DNA from: Candidatus Omnitrophota bacterium
GTDB lineage: Bacteria; Omnitrophota; Gorgyraeia; Gorgyraeales; Gorgyraeaceae
Length of the DNA stretch: 64,000 bases
NCBI GenBank assembly: GCA_030649895.1
Contig: JAUSEX010000052.1
Span: 16,988-80,987 of the forward strand
Direction: 5' to 3'
Shown piece after piece: positions 1 to 8,925 of the stretch. The notes under the pieces are model-generated. The model was not told where the DNA came from, ran no database searches, and saw only the letters and a program-made list of their open reading frames with translations. The first letter of the stretch is position 1; each line of letters begins with the position of its first letter. Both the position numbers and the translations under genes were made by a program.

Positions 1-344
1 AGAATCTTTTTGTGATACCTGTGCACCATATCAAGAACAATTTCGCTTCCCTTTATGTTAGTAACTAAAGATTCCAGCGGCTTCTTTACTACAAGATCCA
101 CTCCTACTGCCGCGGCTAAATGATATACCACATCGCATCTTTCAACTAATTTATCTACAAGCATTTCATTAAGTATAGTGCCTTCTATAAATTGGAATGA
201 CTTATTTCCGTCCAGATGGGCAATATTCTCAAATCTTCCCGTAGAAAGGTCATCCAATATAACTACTTCATTCCCGCCTGCTATCAATTCATCGCTTAAG
301 TGCGACCCTATAAATCCCGCTCCGCCTGTAATAAGAACTTTCAT
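1..344 (-). CDS. NAD-dependent epimerase/dehydratase (N-terminal part, runs off window)
   Basis: Manual translation from ATG 344: MKVLITGGAGFIGSHL...VYHLAAAVGV; Rossmann GxxGxxG motif. Confidence 0.9.
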   Translation of the reverse strand, partial: MKVLITGGAGFIGSHLSDELIAGGNEVVILDDLSTGRFENIAHLDGNKSFQFIEGTILNEMLVDKLVERCDVVYHLAAAVGVDLVVKKPLESLVTNIKGSEIVLDMVHRYHKKI

Positions 345-359
345 TTTGTCTCCCTTAAC

Positions 360-483
360 TTCTCGACTTTGCTCTCTTGGCTTGCTCTCGTGACCGCTCG
401 AAGAATATTAGCAGGGGAACATGCGCTCCTTACAATAATGTTCGAGCGAACATCCTGACTATACATGTAAGCACAGTCGAGAA
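360..483. repeat. Palindromic element family A, copy 1 (intergenic)
   Basis: TTCTCGACT...CGCTCGAAGAATA...TGTTCGAGCG...AGTCGAGAA nested inverted repeats. Confidence 0.9.
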
Positions 484-486
484 CTA

Positions 487-789
487 TTATTTAGTTAATT
501 CTAGCTTCCTGATTCTTGTTTCGTGATCATCTACTCTGTGGCTAGTGTCAAACAAAGCTGTCTTCATAGCGCTAAACTCTAAATCGATTCTGTCAAATCT
601 CAGATCAACTCTATCAAATCTCCTATCGTGTTCCTCCAGCTTTTTAACAATACTTCCATACTGCTCAGCCACTACCCTGATTTCTGAGCGTAGAGCTTCA
701 ACCATTACGCCTGTGTGCCTTTCTAAACGGCTTTCCAGGCGCCTTTCCAGTTCCGCAAAAGATCCGGTTAATTTCTTTTCCATGGCCAT
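487..789 (-). CDS. Small coiled-coil hypothetical protein
   Basis: RBS AAAGGAGG before ATG 789; heptad-like RFDRVDLRFDRID. Confidence 0.7.
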   Translation of the reverse strand: MAMEKKLTGSFAELERRLESRLERHTGVMVEALRSEIRVVAEQYGSIVKKLEEHDRRFDRVDLRFDRIDLEFSAMKTALFDTSHRVDDHETRIRKLELTK

Positions 790-812
790 AATTAGCCTCC
801 TTTCTACTACAC

Positions 813-850
813 TAGACACATCTGGAGGCTATTTTCTTTCAAATATTTTT
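813..850 (-). promoter_or_regulatory. Repeated 38-bp motif, copy 1 (ECF-sigma-promoter-like)
   Basis: Minus strand TTGAAAGAAAA-N-AGATGTGTCT followed by RBS and ATG; 7 copies in window. Confidence 0.6.
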
Positions 851-853
851 ATC

Positions 854-951
854 TTCTCGACTGGGCTTGCGTGAATAGCTTGCTTTTTCCGCTCGAAGAA
901 TAATACTGTTCGAGCGGACATTGCGATCCAATCTGAAAGCCTAGTCGAGAA
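854..951. repeat. Palindromic element family A, copy 2 (abuts GT4 stop codon)
   Basis: Same four conserved boxes as copy 1. Confidence 0.9.
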
Positions 952-2262
952 CTATTTAGACAGGATAGTATTATACAACTTCTCAGTATCTTTTATCAAT
1001 CTTTCTTTTGAGAATCGGTTTTTCACGATATTCCTGCCATTTTCGCCAAATTGTCTTCTTTTTTCAGGTTCTCTTATTAAATCCATGAGTTTTCGACCAA
1101 ACTCTTCCACATCCTCTGACTCTACCAGATATCCACTCTTTCCATCCTGCACCATATCCACTACACCGCCTACTTTAGTAGCAACCACAGGCCTTGCGCC
1201 AGCCATAGCTTCAATAAGCGATACCGGCGTCCCCTCATTCAGTGATGTCAAAACCACTATGTCTAACCCCTCATAAATCGCCTTTAAGTCCTTCTCCCAT
1301 CCTCTAAACTCTACTATATCTTTTATGCCCAATTCCCCTGCATATTTTTCTAATTCTTCCCTTAATTCCCCATCGCCTATAATTATAAATTTAACTTCTC
1401 GACTCTGCGCACATGATATGCTTTCATGCCCGCTCGAAGAATATTTGCTACCAATATCGTTCGAGCGGACATGTTGTTTCAGATTGCAAGCACAGTCGAG
1501 AACCATCTTATGATTTTTTATGGGCACAAGCCTGCCAACTATGCCTATATTTACAATGTCAGCATTTTCCTTCGGCGCTAATTTAAATAACTCCTCTAAT
1601 TCAAATCCTAACTCTATCACAGAAATTTTATTCTCTGGCGCTATTCTATATTTTTCTACAAGTTCTTTTTTTAAATTTTCGCTTACTGTAATAATCTTAT
1701 CCGTAAACAGCGCCAGAAATCTCTCCACCCATATAAAAAATAACGTTTTAATTTTCCCGAAATATCCGCTAAACGCATGGCCATGAAATGTATGGACAAT
1801 AACAATACTGTTCGAGCGAGGCCGAATATCTTCTCGACAAGCTCGAAGAATATTCGGCCAAGTAGAGAACCTTATAACTTCACACAACACTCCCGCCATC
1901 CTACCCAACGCTCCAGCCTTCGCCGTATGTGTGTGAATAATATCCGGTTTTTCCTCGCGAATAATCTTATATATTTTACAAAATGCCGTCCAATCATCTT
2001 TCCATGACAATTCTCTGCCAAGTTCTTTTACAATAACCGGCTTAATGCCCTTCTCGGCCGCCAGGTAAATCATGTCGCCTTCGCTCTCAGCCACCTCGCC
2101 ACACACAAGCACAGTTTCATATTTTATCTTCTCGACTTCGCTCGAAGAATATTGTTCGAGCGAGGCCGAAGGCCGAATCGAGAACCCTTCTGTCAACAAT
2201 ACTGCATTCCTCGCCGGCCCGCCAATATTAAGTCTCGCAATAATCCTGACTATTTTAATCAT
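952..2262 (-). CDS. Glycosyltransferase family 4 carrying three in-frame palindromic inserts
   Basis: IIARLNIGGPA, HTHTAKAG, EGTPVSLIEAMA motifs; 436 aa, with extra segments matching family A copies. Confidence 0.92.
   Translation of the reverse strand: MIKIVRIIARLNIGGPARNAVLLTEGFSIRPSASLEQYSSSEVEKIKYETVLVCGEVAESEGDMIYLAAEKGIKPVIVKELGRELSWKDDWTAFCKIYKIIREEKPDIIHTHTAKAGALGRMAGVLCEVIRFSTWPNILRACREDIRPRSNSIVIVHTFHGHAFSGYFGKIKTLFFIWVERFLALFTDKIITVSENLKKELVEKYRIAPENKISVIELGFELEELFKLAPKENADIVNIGIVGRLVPIKNHKMVLDCACNLKQHVRSNDIGSKYSSSGHESISCAQSREVKFIIIGDGELREELEKYAGELGIKDIVEFRGWEKDLKAIYEGLDIVVLTSLNEGTPVSLIEAMAGARPVVATKVGGVVDMVQDGKSGYLVESEDVEEFGRKLMDLIREPEKRRQFGENGRNIVKNRFSKERLIKDTEKLYNTILSK
1396..1502. 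repeat. Family A copy 3, in frame in GT4
   Basis: Four boxes present; encodes LDCACNLKQHVRSNDIGSKYSSSGHESISCAQSRE. Confidence 0.9.
1808..1869. repeat. Family A copy 4 (permuted box order), in frame in GT4
   Basis: TTCGAGCG..TTCTCGAC..GCTCGAA..AGTAGAGAA; encodes FSTWPNILRACREDIRPRSN. Confidence 0.85.
2129..2184. repeat. Family A copy 5, in frame in GT4
   Basis: TTCTCGACTTCGCTCGAAGAATATTGTTCGAGCG...TCGAGAA; encodes FSIRPSASLEQYSSSEVEK. Confidence 0.9.
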
Positions 2263-2594
2263 CCGATTATCTTTCTTATATTCTCTTCTACTTTATTTAA
2301 GTCGACTTTCGAAATTTCTCCTATTTTCCTGAAAATCATATTTGACTTTATTGTTCTTATAATTCCAGTAACCAATGAAGGGTAGAGCAACCCTGCTTCT
2401 TTCCATTGAGAAATCTTTGTATCGCCTAAGAGTATCCTATCTACATTACTGGTAATAGCTAAGATAACCACTTCTTGCCTTTCTGTATGATATGCTTCAC
2501 TGCTTATAACCAATGCCGGCCTTTTCTTGAATCCTATCCCTTCAGAAAAACCAAAATTCACCAGCGCGATGTCCCCATGTTTACATTTTATCAT
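2259..2594 (-). CDS. PemK/MazF-family toxin
   Basis: GDIALVNFGFS...KKRPALVIS motif; probable ATG 2594 overlaps the upstream gene. Confidence 0.85.
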   Translation of the reverse strand: MIKCKHGDIALVNFGFSEGIGFKKRPALVISSEAYHTERQEVVILAITSNVDRILLGDTKISQWKEAGLLYPSLVTGIIRTIKSNMIFRKIGEISKVDLNKVEENIRKIIG

Positions 2595-2832
2595 ACTCAG
2601 CGTCCTTTTTGTTTTCCCACACACTATGCAATATAGGATCCTTATCCGGATATGCGCTTATATTGGATAATTCTTTTCTTTCAGTTTCTTCGTGCAGTTT
2701 TTTTTGCACACATTCTAATACATATTCTCTCATTGTTTTGCCATATAGCGCTGCATAAGCCTTGATTTGCCTATGTTCTTCTGGTAGCACATCAATACTC
2801 AATCTTTCTCTCCCTAAATTTTTCTTTGCCAT
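2581..2832 (-). CDS. Probable antitoxin (RHH-like)
   Basis: RLSIDV..EHRQIKAYAALYGKTMREYV; C-terminal WENKKDAEYD; RBS GGAGG; directly upstream of the toxin. Confidence 0.75.
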   Translation of the reverse strand: MAKKNLGRERLSIDVLPEEHRQIKAYAALYGKTMREYVLECVQKKLHEETERKELSNISAYPDKDPILHSVWENKKDAEYDKM

Positions 2833-2905
2833 ATAAAACACCTCCTACCAAAACTATACCACATTTACACAAATGTGTCAATACACATGTATATTATTAT
2901 GGGAA

Positions 2906-3160
2906 CTAGGCTTCTATAGCGCACCCAGATAAAGCAATGTGCATTTTTTGCACATTGCTTTTTTCTCCTAACTCTTTTGAGTTAAATATGTTACTAATAT
3001 GTCGCGTTATTACACTTCTATCTATTTGAAATAGTTTCGCTATTTTAGCTTGAGTAAGCCAAACCGTATCCTGCTCAAGCTTAATTTCTAATAAAACTTT
3101 ATTGTGCTTATCACTATAGATAACTATTTCTCCCTTAAAAAACTTATCTTGATCTACCAT
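2906..3160 (-). pseudogene. Truncated RhuM-like/Fic-associated N-terminal domain
   Basis: DTVWLTQAKIAKLF..DRSVITRHISNIF..EL motif; stops shortly after the palindrome encoding SNVQKMHIA. Confidence 0.75.
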
Positions 3161-3182
3161 ATTTGACTCCTCCTTTGTATAA

Positions 3183-3220
3183 TAGACACATCTGGAGGCT
3201 GTTTTCTTTCAAATATTTTC
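3183..3220 (-). promoter_or_regulatory. Repeated 38-bp motif, copy 2
   Basis: Near identical to 813-850; followed by RBS AAAGGAGG and ATG 3160. Confidence 0.6.
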
Positions 3221-3239
3221 ATGGCTTTATTATAACTAT

Positions 3240-4040
3240 TTATTTTCTTATTGTCCAGAAGTCTGCTGAAAGGGTTTCGAGGTATTCATACGGCATGATA
3301 AAGTAGCCATCTTTGCCCCATTTAGTTCCCCAGGAATTTCGCACAAGAAATCTCTTTTCTCGCTGGTCATATCCCACTGCCAGAACAGCGTGTCCGCCAA
3401 GGACTTTTTCCTTCTTCCTGGGCATATTAGCCACGCCTGTACGTGCCACTCTCTGCGACTGGAAACTCTCATAAACAGTAAAGCCAAATACAAATGGATA
3501 TCCTTCAGCAAGGCAGGTAAGCATTTCAGGCAGGCTATTTATGCGGTGATAAGATTCTATACAGCGTTTCTTTGCTTCAGCATAGCATTTTTTAGGAGGT
3601 TTTCTGGTAAATCTTTCTATTACATACGGCCACGTCTTTTCCCAGCACGCGCCTTGTTTTCTCAATGTCTTAATGCCGTCTCTTAAAGATGCTCCTGAGT
3701 CATAATCAACTGTATTTTCCAAAACTCTCTCATTATAATAAATAAAAAGCCTGCTTACATCCGTATATCCCAACAACCTTCCCGTTCGGCGATCGGGATT
3801 ATCTTTATCCCGATCGCCGAACGGGAAGGTTATGCCTTTTCTATCCAAATATTCCAAATTTCCAGCCAATGCATTCGCAGTGCAACTCCCAAGCGCCTCC
3901 TGATTTTCCACGATAGAACAAAATTCCCTCAAATCCACCTTTTTCGGCAATCTCACTACAGGCCTTATCGCCTTATATAAATAATCCCTCTGATCCGGCC
4001 TATCTGGCACCCAGCCATAACTTCTTTTCCCCTTAACCAT
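3240..4040 (-). CDS. Papain-like cysteine peptidase (C1A)
   Basis: QEALGSCTANA (Cys), GGHAVLAVGY (His), VRNSWG (Asn). Confidence 0.92.
   Translation of the reverse strand: MVKGKRSYGWVPDRPDQRDYLYKAIRPVVRLPKKVDLREFCSIVENQEALGSCTANALAGNLEYLDRKGITFPFGDRDKDNPDRRTGRLLGYTDVSRLFIYYNERVLENTVDYDSGASLRDGIKTLRKQGACWEKTWPYVIERFTRKPPKKCYAEAKKRCIESYHRINSLPEMLTCLAEGYPFVFGFTVYESFQSQRVARTGVANMPRKKEKVLGGHAVLAVGYDQREKRFLVRNSWGTKWGKDGYFIMPYEYLETLSADFWTIRK
3775..3831. repeat. Perfect 25-bp-arm hairpin, in frame in the peptidase
   Basis: AACCTTCCCGTTCGGCGATCGGGAT-tatcttt-ATCCCGATCGCCGAACGGGAAGGTT, 57 bp. Confidence 0.92.
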
Positions 4041-4052
4041 CCCTCCCCTCCT

Positions 4053-4568
4053 CTAAACCTGGTCTACTGTGATTTTCTTAATGCCTAAAACATTGCAGAA
4101 ACGCATGACGGTATATAGCGTGACATTTTTCCTGCCTTCTTCTATCCTGGAAACATCCGGCTGTTTCATACCTATGCGATGCGCCAATTGCTTCTGGCTC
4201 AACCCTTTCCGAATCCTCGCTTCTTTAATAAGCGCCCCAAACTTCCGGAAAAAAACCGGCGTGGCGCTTGCAGGTTTTCTGCGGCCTCGTCCATTCACAT
4301 CTACAAGCTGTTCATAGATTGTTTCCCACCAATCCCTAAAATCTGATTGTCGCGCGCGTTTTATCCATTGAGCCCTGATCCTTGGCCATGCGTCTATAAA
4401 CGTATCCTTGGCAATCAAGGAAAATAGCTCCTTTGACTTATCACAGCGCGACAGAAAAATTACCATTTTAACCGGAAATTGCGGATGTTCTGGATTTTTA
4501 AGTATCTTGGCTGTTTCTTTCAGGGCATTTTCACTTATGTCCCAAAAATATTTTGAAATAATCATCAT
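4053..4568 (-). CDS. XRE-family HTH protein (C-terminal HTH), probable AbiEii partner
   Basis: ARIRKGLSQKQLA..IGMKQPDVSRIEEG; start overlaps the stop of the upstream gene. Confidence 0.85.
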   Translation of the reverse strand: MMIISKYFWDISENALKETAKILKNPEHPQFPVKMVIFLSRCDKSKELFSLIAKDTFIDAWPRIRAQWIKRARQSDFRDWWETIYEQLVDVNGRGRRKPASATPVFFRKFGALIKEARIRKGLSQKQLAHRIGMKQPDVSRIEEGRKNVTLYTVMRFCNVLGIKKITVDQV

Positions 4569-5275
4569 CCTATTGCCTCCATGGCTAATTGCTTGACCTC
4601 GTTTTCCAGGTAAATAACCAATTCCTTAGCATTGAATTCAGTATCGTAAATATCCAGCTCCATTAGCGCAAGCTTGAGTTCCTGCCTGGAAAATGTTCGA
4701 TACCAGTGGACTATCCCCTTTTGGAACCGGGGCGAAAGGCTGCGCAGGAATATGTGCAATGGCTGTATTTTTTTTGAAAGTATGTACACGTCAAATACAT
4801 CTCGCGCCTCTTTGCGGCCTTCGCTGACTTGCCTGCCGACCTCATCTGTTATAACTTGAGTGCCGGAAATAGCGGCTATTTTATGCAGGTATAAATCCTC
4901 TGCACTATACACGCGGACACCGTCAATTTTCCGTATTGCCGGGTGAATGCATACAACATCTTCAACAAAATCAATCTTTAATGGCCTATCCGAACCCTTG
5001 ACCGATATAGTATAAAACCGAACGGCCGCCTTATTGCCGGAAACAAATTCTGATTCCAGATGAATTTTCTGATCCAGATGTTTTTCAAAGGCCTCTGTTA
5101 AGGCAGCTATTTCCGGAATAAGGTATTTCCTTGAAAAAAAATCCAGATCCGAGGAAAACCTATGATGCAGATAATACAATTCAAGAGCTGTGCCACCGGC
5201 AAGCGCAAAATCCCCTGTCTCACGCGAAAAGGCCTTCAGAACAAGTTTTTGCGCCTCTCTTAATTTTAAGTTCAT
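4565..5275 (-). CDS. AbiEii/AbiGii-type nucleotidyltransferase
   Basis: LAGGTAL..YLHHRFSSDLDFF; ARDVFDVY. Confidence 0.88.
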   Translation of the reverse strand: MNLKLREAQKLVLKAFSRETGDFALAGGTALELYYLHHRFSSDLDFFSRKYLIPEIAALTEAFEKHLDQKIHLESEFVSGNKAAVRFYTISVKGSDRPLKIDFVEDVVCIHPAIRKIDGVRVYSAEDLYLHKIAAISGTQVITDEVGRQVSEGRKEARDVFDVYILSKKIQPLHIFLRSLSPRFQKGIVHWYRTFSRQELKLALMELDIYDTEFNAKELVIYLENEVKQLAMEAIG

Positions 5276-5374
5276 ATAAATAACCTCTATGCTTATATAT
5301 AGATTATAATCTATCTCTATATAGAGTATAACCTATATTTTTATTTTGTCAATAGGCGCTAACGAAATATGCCT

Positions 5375-5399
5375 GCCCCGTACCCTTGTGGTACGGGGT
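5375..5399. repeat. Short hairpin micro-insert
   Basis: GCCCCGTACC-cttgt-GGTACGGGGT; absent from the homologous site at about 10780. Confidence 0.8.
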
Positions 5400-5626
5400 C
5401 TATTGGGCATGCCTTAAAATCCCAACCGCATATCCAATATTTCTTAAAGGATTATCCGGACGCATGGAGGAGACTTTTTTTGACTGCTTTGGCTACGTTT
5501 ACCAGCCATATTCCCAATACGCGAGGGGTATATTGAGATATCCATGGCCTTCTACGCTATTGATACGGGCCTCAAAAGAGCCGCCATAGTTAAATTTTAC
5601 ATCTACCAGGCCATAACCTTTTAATT
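5400..5626 (-). pseudogene. PLD-wHTH scaffold gene, fragment D (middle piece fused to C-terminus)
   Basis: KLKGYGLVDVKF...IPLAYWEYGW joined out of frame to NVAKAVKKVSSMRPDNPLRNIGYAVGILRHAQ*. Confidence 0.8.
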
Positions 5627-6544
5627 TTACCGATAAAGAATTTTTTCAAGCTTCTCAACCGCTGCCTTCCGGAGAAACGCGCTCATTTGATTTAAGTTAT
5701 ACAACTTCCACTGAACCGCCGGAAGCTTACTTGCGTCATCTAAACCTAAAAGCCCCCAATCAGGATTGCCTTGTTTAAATGATATAAGAAATTTTTTATC
5801 ATCGTTAGTGAGATTTTCAAGCACCGTCCGAAATAATTTCTCGCGGGTTTCTATTAAGTCACTCAATTGCACCGGAATAGTGGGCATTTTCTCAAATTGC
5901 GTTTTAAAGACTTCTGTTAAATCCTTCCTATTCGGCATTAAAAGCTCTGAAATAGGCCGATTGCCACATATTAAATATACCAAAAAAGATTTTTTCAATG
6001 TCTTGGTAATGCCTTCATTCGCAAACAAAACCATAACATCAAAAAAATCTCGGGGATGCTGACGATCTAATGCCGCACATAATTTCCCGGCATACAGTTC
6101 ATCAAAAGACACAACTGGAACTTTTACATATCCAAAAAAATTTTCAACAATACGAGATATCTGCATTTTCGTTGGCGAATACAGCAAGCCCCGCGATACG
6201 GGAGATGCTTCTATTTTAATACTCTCCGAATCATGCCAGACAACTAATTTAGCTATATTCTCGTCATTATTTTTTTGTGCGCTCACAGAAGAACCAACAA
6301 TCGAATGTTTTATTTGAGCTGCCATCGATTGAAAGGCTTGCGTTATCTCGAATAGAGAAACAACCCGTTCCTTGATCGGGGTATACACAAGATCAATATC
6401 AACCGATAATCGCGGCATGTCCCGCACAAAAAGATTGATGGCTGTCCCACCTTTAAGCGCGAAACAATCACAAGCCGCGACATGAGGCAATACTCGCACC
6501 AATAATTGCACCCGTTTAAAATACGGGTTTATTGTATCAAACAT
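5627..6544 (-). CDS. AbiEii toxin (type IV TA)
   Basis: ALKGGTAINLF..PRLSVDIDL; GKLCAALDRQHPRDFFD. Confidence 0.92.
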   Translation of the reverse strand: MFDTINPYFKRVQLLVRVLPHVAACDCFALKGGTAINLFVRDMPRLSVDIDLVYTPIKERVVSLFEITQAFQSMAAQIKHSIVGSSVSAQKNNDENIAKLVVWHDSESIKIEASPVSRGLLYSPTKMQISRIVENFFGYVKVPVVSFDELYAGKLCAALDRQHPRDFFDVMVLFANEGITKTLKKSFLVYLICGNRPISELLMPNRKDLTEVFKTQFEKMPTIPVQLSDLIETREKLFRTVLENLTNDDKKFLISFKQGNPDWGLLGLDDASKLPAVQWKLYNLNQMSAFLRKAAVEKLEKILYR

Positions 6545-7313
6545 TAAATTTTTCCGGCACTGTTATTAAATAGGTCTTATTTAATTTGCCTTTATTCACA
6601 ATAAGCCTTTTCCCATTACCTAAATTAACGGCATCCTTGTCTATTGTCTCCAGCCAGGGATGCTTATAGTATTCTGCCAAAAATAAAAACAATCTCTTGA
6701 CTGCGACATGCCTACAAGCGCGCAGTAATTCATTAACTACATTCGGACGTAATGTGGTTAACCCTTCCATAAGCTCTGCGGCAAAGGTAAATGAAAATTC
6801 ATCTTTAACAAATACCAACGCTTCCATTATTGCCATTTCAGGCGATGAAATCTTTAATGGCCAGTCCTTTATAGGACTTTTTATTTCCATAAATCCCACG
6901 TTTTTGGGCACGCCTCTAAATAACTGTTTATGCACAACTCGTAAAGATACATTAAGAGTGACATTCCTAACCCACGAAGGGATTTTTGACAATCCCACAA
7001 GATATATCTGATTTTCTCCCGCTAATCTTAAATAATGAGAAAACCCCTGTAAATTAAGCGCTGTTTCTCCGCTAACATGATAAGCTACCCCCTCTATGTG
7101 TTGCCACGAAGCAACCAAGCCCTGCCAACTCACTTCTGTTGTCGGCCTGCTATACGCTCCTTTACCTACAGATTTAAGCCATCCACCTTTAACATAATTA
7201 TGAGTACGCTGTCTGGAGTATCCTTTATCCTGTAGCCATTTGCTTGGAGCTATGGCACCTTCAGGTAAACATAGATATAATTGGTTTATTTTTTCGTTGT
7301 TTTGTATATTCAT
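6537..7313 (-). CDS. AbiEi antitoxin (AbiEi_3-like)
   Basis: WLKSVGKGAY, TALNLQGFSHY, SSPEMAIMEAL, VKRLFLFLAE; overlaps toxin start. Confidence 0.88.
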   Translation of the reverse strand: MNIQNNEKINQLYLCLPEGAIAPSKWLQDKGYSRQRTHNYVKGGWLKSVGKGAYSRPTTEVSWQGLVASWQHIEGVAYHVSGETALNLQGFSHYLRLAGENQIYLVGLSKIPSWVRNVTLNVSLRVVHKQLFRGVPKNVGFMEIKSPIKDWPLKISSPEMAIMEALVFVKDEFSFTFAAELMEGLTTLRPNVVNELLRACRHVAVKRLFLFLAEYYKHPWLETIDKDAVNLGNGKRLIVNKGKLNKTYLITVPEKFNV

Positions 7314-7409
7314 ACTTTACAGTATATCATATTTCTAAACTAAAAACAAGCTTATGGTTTAAATTTTATTATTCTTGTATATTGTGGGTTTACTTTTTAA
7401 TATTATTCT

Positions 7410-7512
7410 AAACATCGTCTCTGTATCTGCCATATCTGTAATATACATCTTACCATCCGTAGCCAGCATTTTTAAACCGTTACATTTTGTAACGGTTTCA
7501 CTACCCTTTCGC
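7410..7512 (-). pseudogene. Orphan Bro-N internal fragment
   Basis: GSETVTKCNGLKMLATDGKMYITDMADTETMF, homologous to the gene at 11216-11485. Confidence 0.8.
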
Positions 7513-7520
7513 TACTATAT

Positions 7521-7557
7521 AAGACACATCTCAAAGGTGTTTTCTTTCAAAAATTTT
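7521..7557 (-). promoter_or_regulatory. Repeated 38-bp motif, copy 3
   Basis: AGACACATCTCAAAGGTGTTTTCTTTCAA on plus strand. Confidence 0.6.
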
Positions 7558-8139
7558 AAAATATTTCATTCCTTAAAATCCCGACTACATACCCCACATT
7601 CCTTAATGGATTATCAGTGCGCATTTTGGAGACTTTTTCAACGGCTTTGCGCACATCATTTTCATTGTATTCTTTCATAATCCTTATGAAATTCTCAACC
7701 ACTTTTGGGCTATAGCCTTTATCTATCATGAAGCTAAGCTCTCTGGCCTTCGCGACTTCGTCCTTTCCATAACGCGCCTCTAATCCAAGCCATTTTTTCT
7801 CCATATCTTTTTCTGAATAAAGTATACCCAGAAGATACTCGCTTGGCTCTCTATCCTCATAACCAGCGCCTTTAGCTACTCTGGCTCTTTTTATCTCCAG
7901 AACACCGTATTTTTCAAGCTCTCTCATGCTAGGGGAAATAGTAGTATGATCCACATGAAAATCCTGCGCCAGTAAATTAAGGCTCACAGACCACCACGGG
8001 CTATCTTTACTAAGAGATTCTTTATAGACATTGATAAAATACGCGAACTTAGCGCTTTGGCTTAGTTTCCTTGACCAGTCATATTCCCAGTAGGCAAAAT
8101 GGAAGGATAAAAAGAAATTTTAGTGAAGAGTGTTTTCAA
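7556..8139 (-). pseudogene. PLD-wHTH scaffold gene, fragment C (signal-peptide stub fused to HTH/C-terminus)
   Basis: LKFLFILPF joined to AYWEYDWSRKL...LAQDFHVDHTTISPSMRELEKYG; preceded by asnB 3-prime stub 8136-8158. Confidence 0.8.
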
Positions 8140-8163
8140 CCTATAAACATCCTATGCTTATGA

Positions 8164-8925
8164 TTATCCATTGCCTATTCTTTTCAAGAGCTCATCCGAG
8201 AATTTCTGGATTTCTTCTCTGGTTACCGGCTCACGATAATACAATTCATCCATCTCGTCCCGGAATCTCTCCTGAGATATACGTAAATTTTCGACTATGC
8301 TTTTTTTGTCTAAAGGCCTGAACATTTCTTTCTTTGCCAGCAATGCCAAAGCGTCATCTATATTCAATCCCAATTTTTTCTGTAATATAACCAAATCATA
8401 CGGATCCCTGGGCCTTGCCCTATCGTTAAGCGTGCGTATTTTCTCGGCAAAAATCTCGCTTGTGTCCATAACCGGACAGGAAAGCTTAACCCCGTAATAA
8501 TTCTTGTATTCCATTACTTTTGGCTCAAGCAATACTTTTTGATTAGTGTTTATATCTACCTCGATTGTATCCGGCTGGGCTAATACACCGCGGTATTGCA
8601 CGGAAAACGCTAACCCGAATTTTTTCTCTTCTATATCCTTTAATTTAAATATTTCAAAATCTGAAAATAGACTCTCCACGTCGGATAGCTTTAATTTAGT
8701 CTTCGAAGTAAAATCCAGGTCTTTCGAGAAACGAATCTGGTCCAAATAGCAGTGATAGATGGCTGTCCCGCCTTTAAAGACAAGCGCGTCTTTTAATTCA
8801 GAACCGTAAATAATACTTAAGATTACCGCTAAGAAATAATCCTTTTCAGCATCCTGCAAATTATATTTAAGGCCGCGTTTATTTAAGACCTCTAATCGCG
8901 CCCTATCCAACAAATCTATCTTCAT
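8164..8925 (-). CDS. AbiEii toxin
   Basis: AEKDYFL, LVFKGGTAI, RFSKDLDFT, AEKIRTL..RARPRDPYDL. Confidence 0.92.
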   Translation of the reverse strand: MKIDLLDRARLEVLNKRGLKYNLQDAEKDYFLAVILSIIYGSELKDALVFKGGTAIYHCYLDQIRFSKDLDFTSKTKLKLSDVESLFSDFEIFKLKDIEEKKFGLAFSVQYRGVLAQPDTIEVDINTNQKVLLEPKVMEYKNYYGVKLSCPVMDTSEIFAEKIRTLNDRARPRDPYDLVILQKKLGLNIDDALALLAKKEMFRPLDKKSIVENLRISQERFRDEMDELYYREPVTREEIQKFSDELLKRIGNG

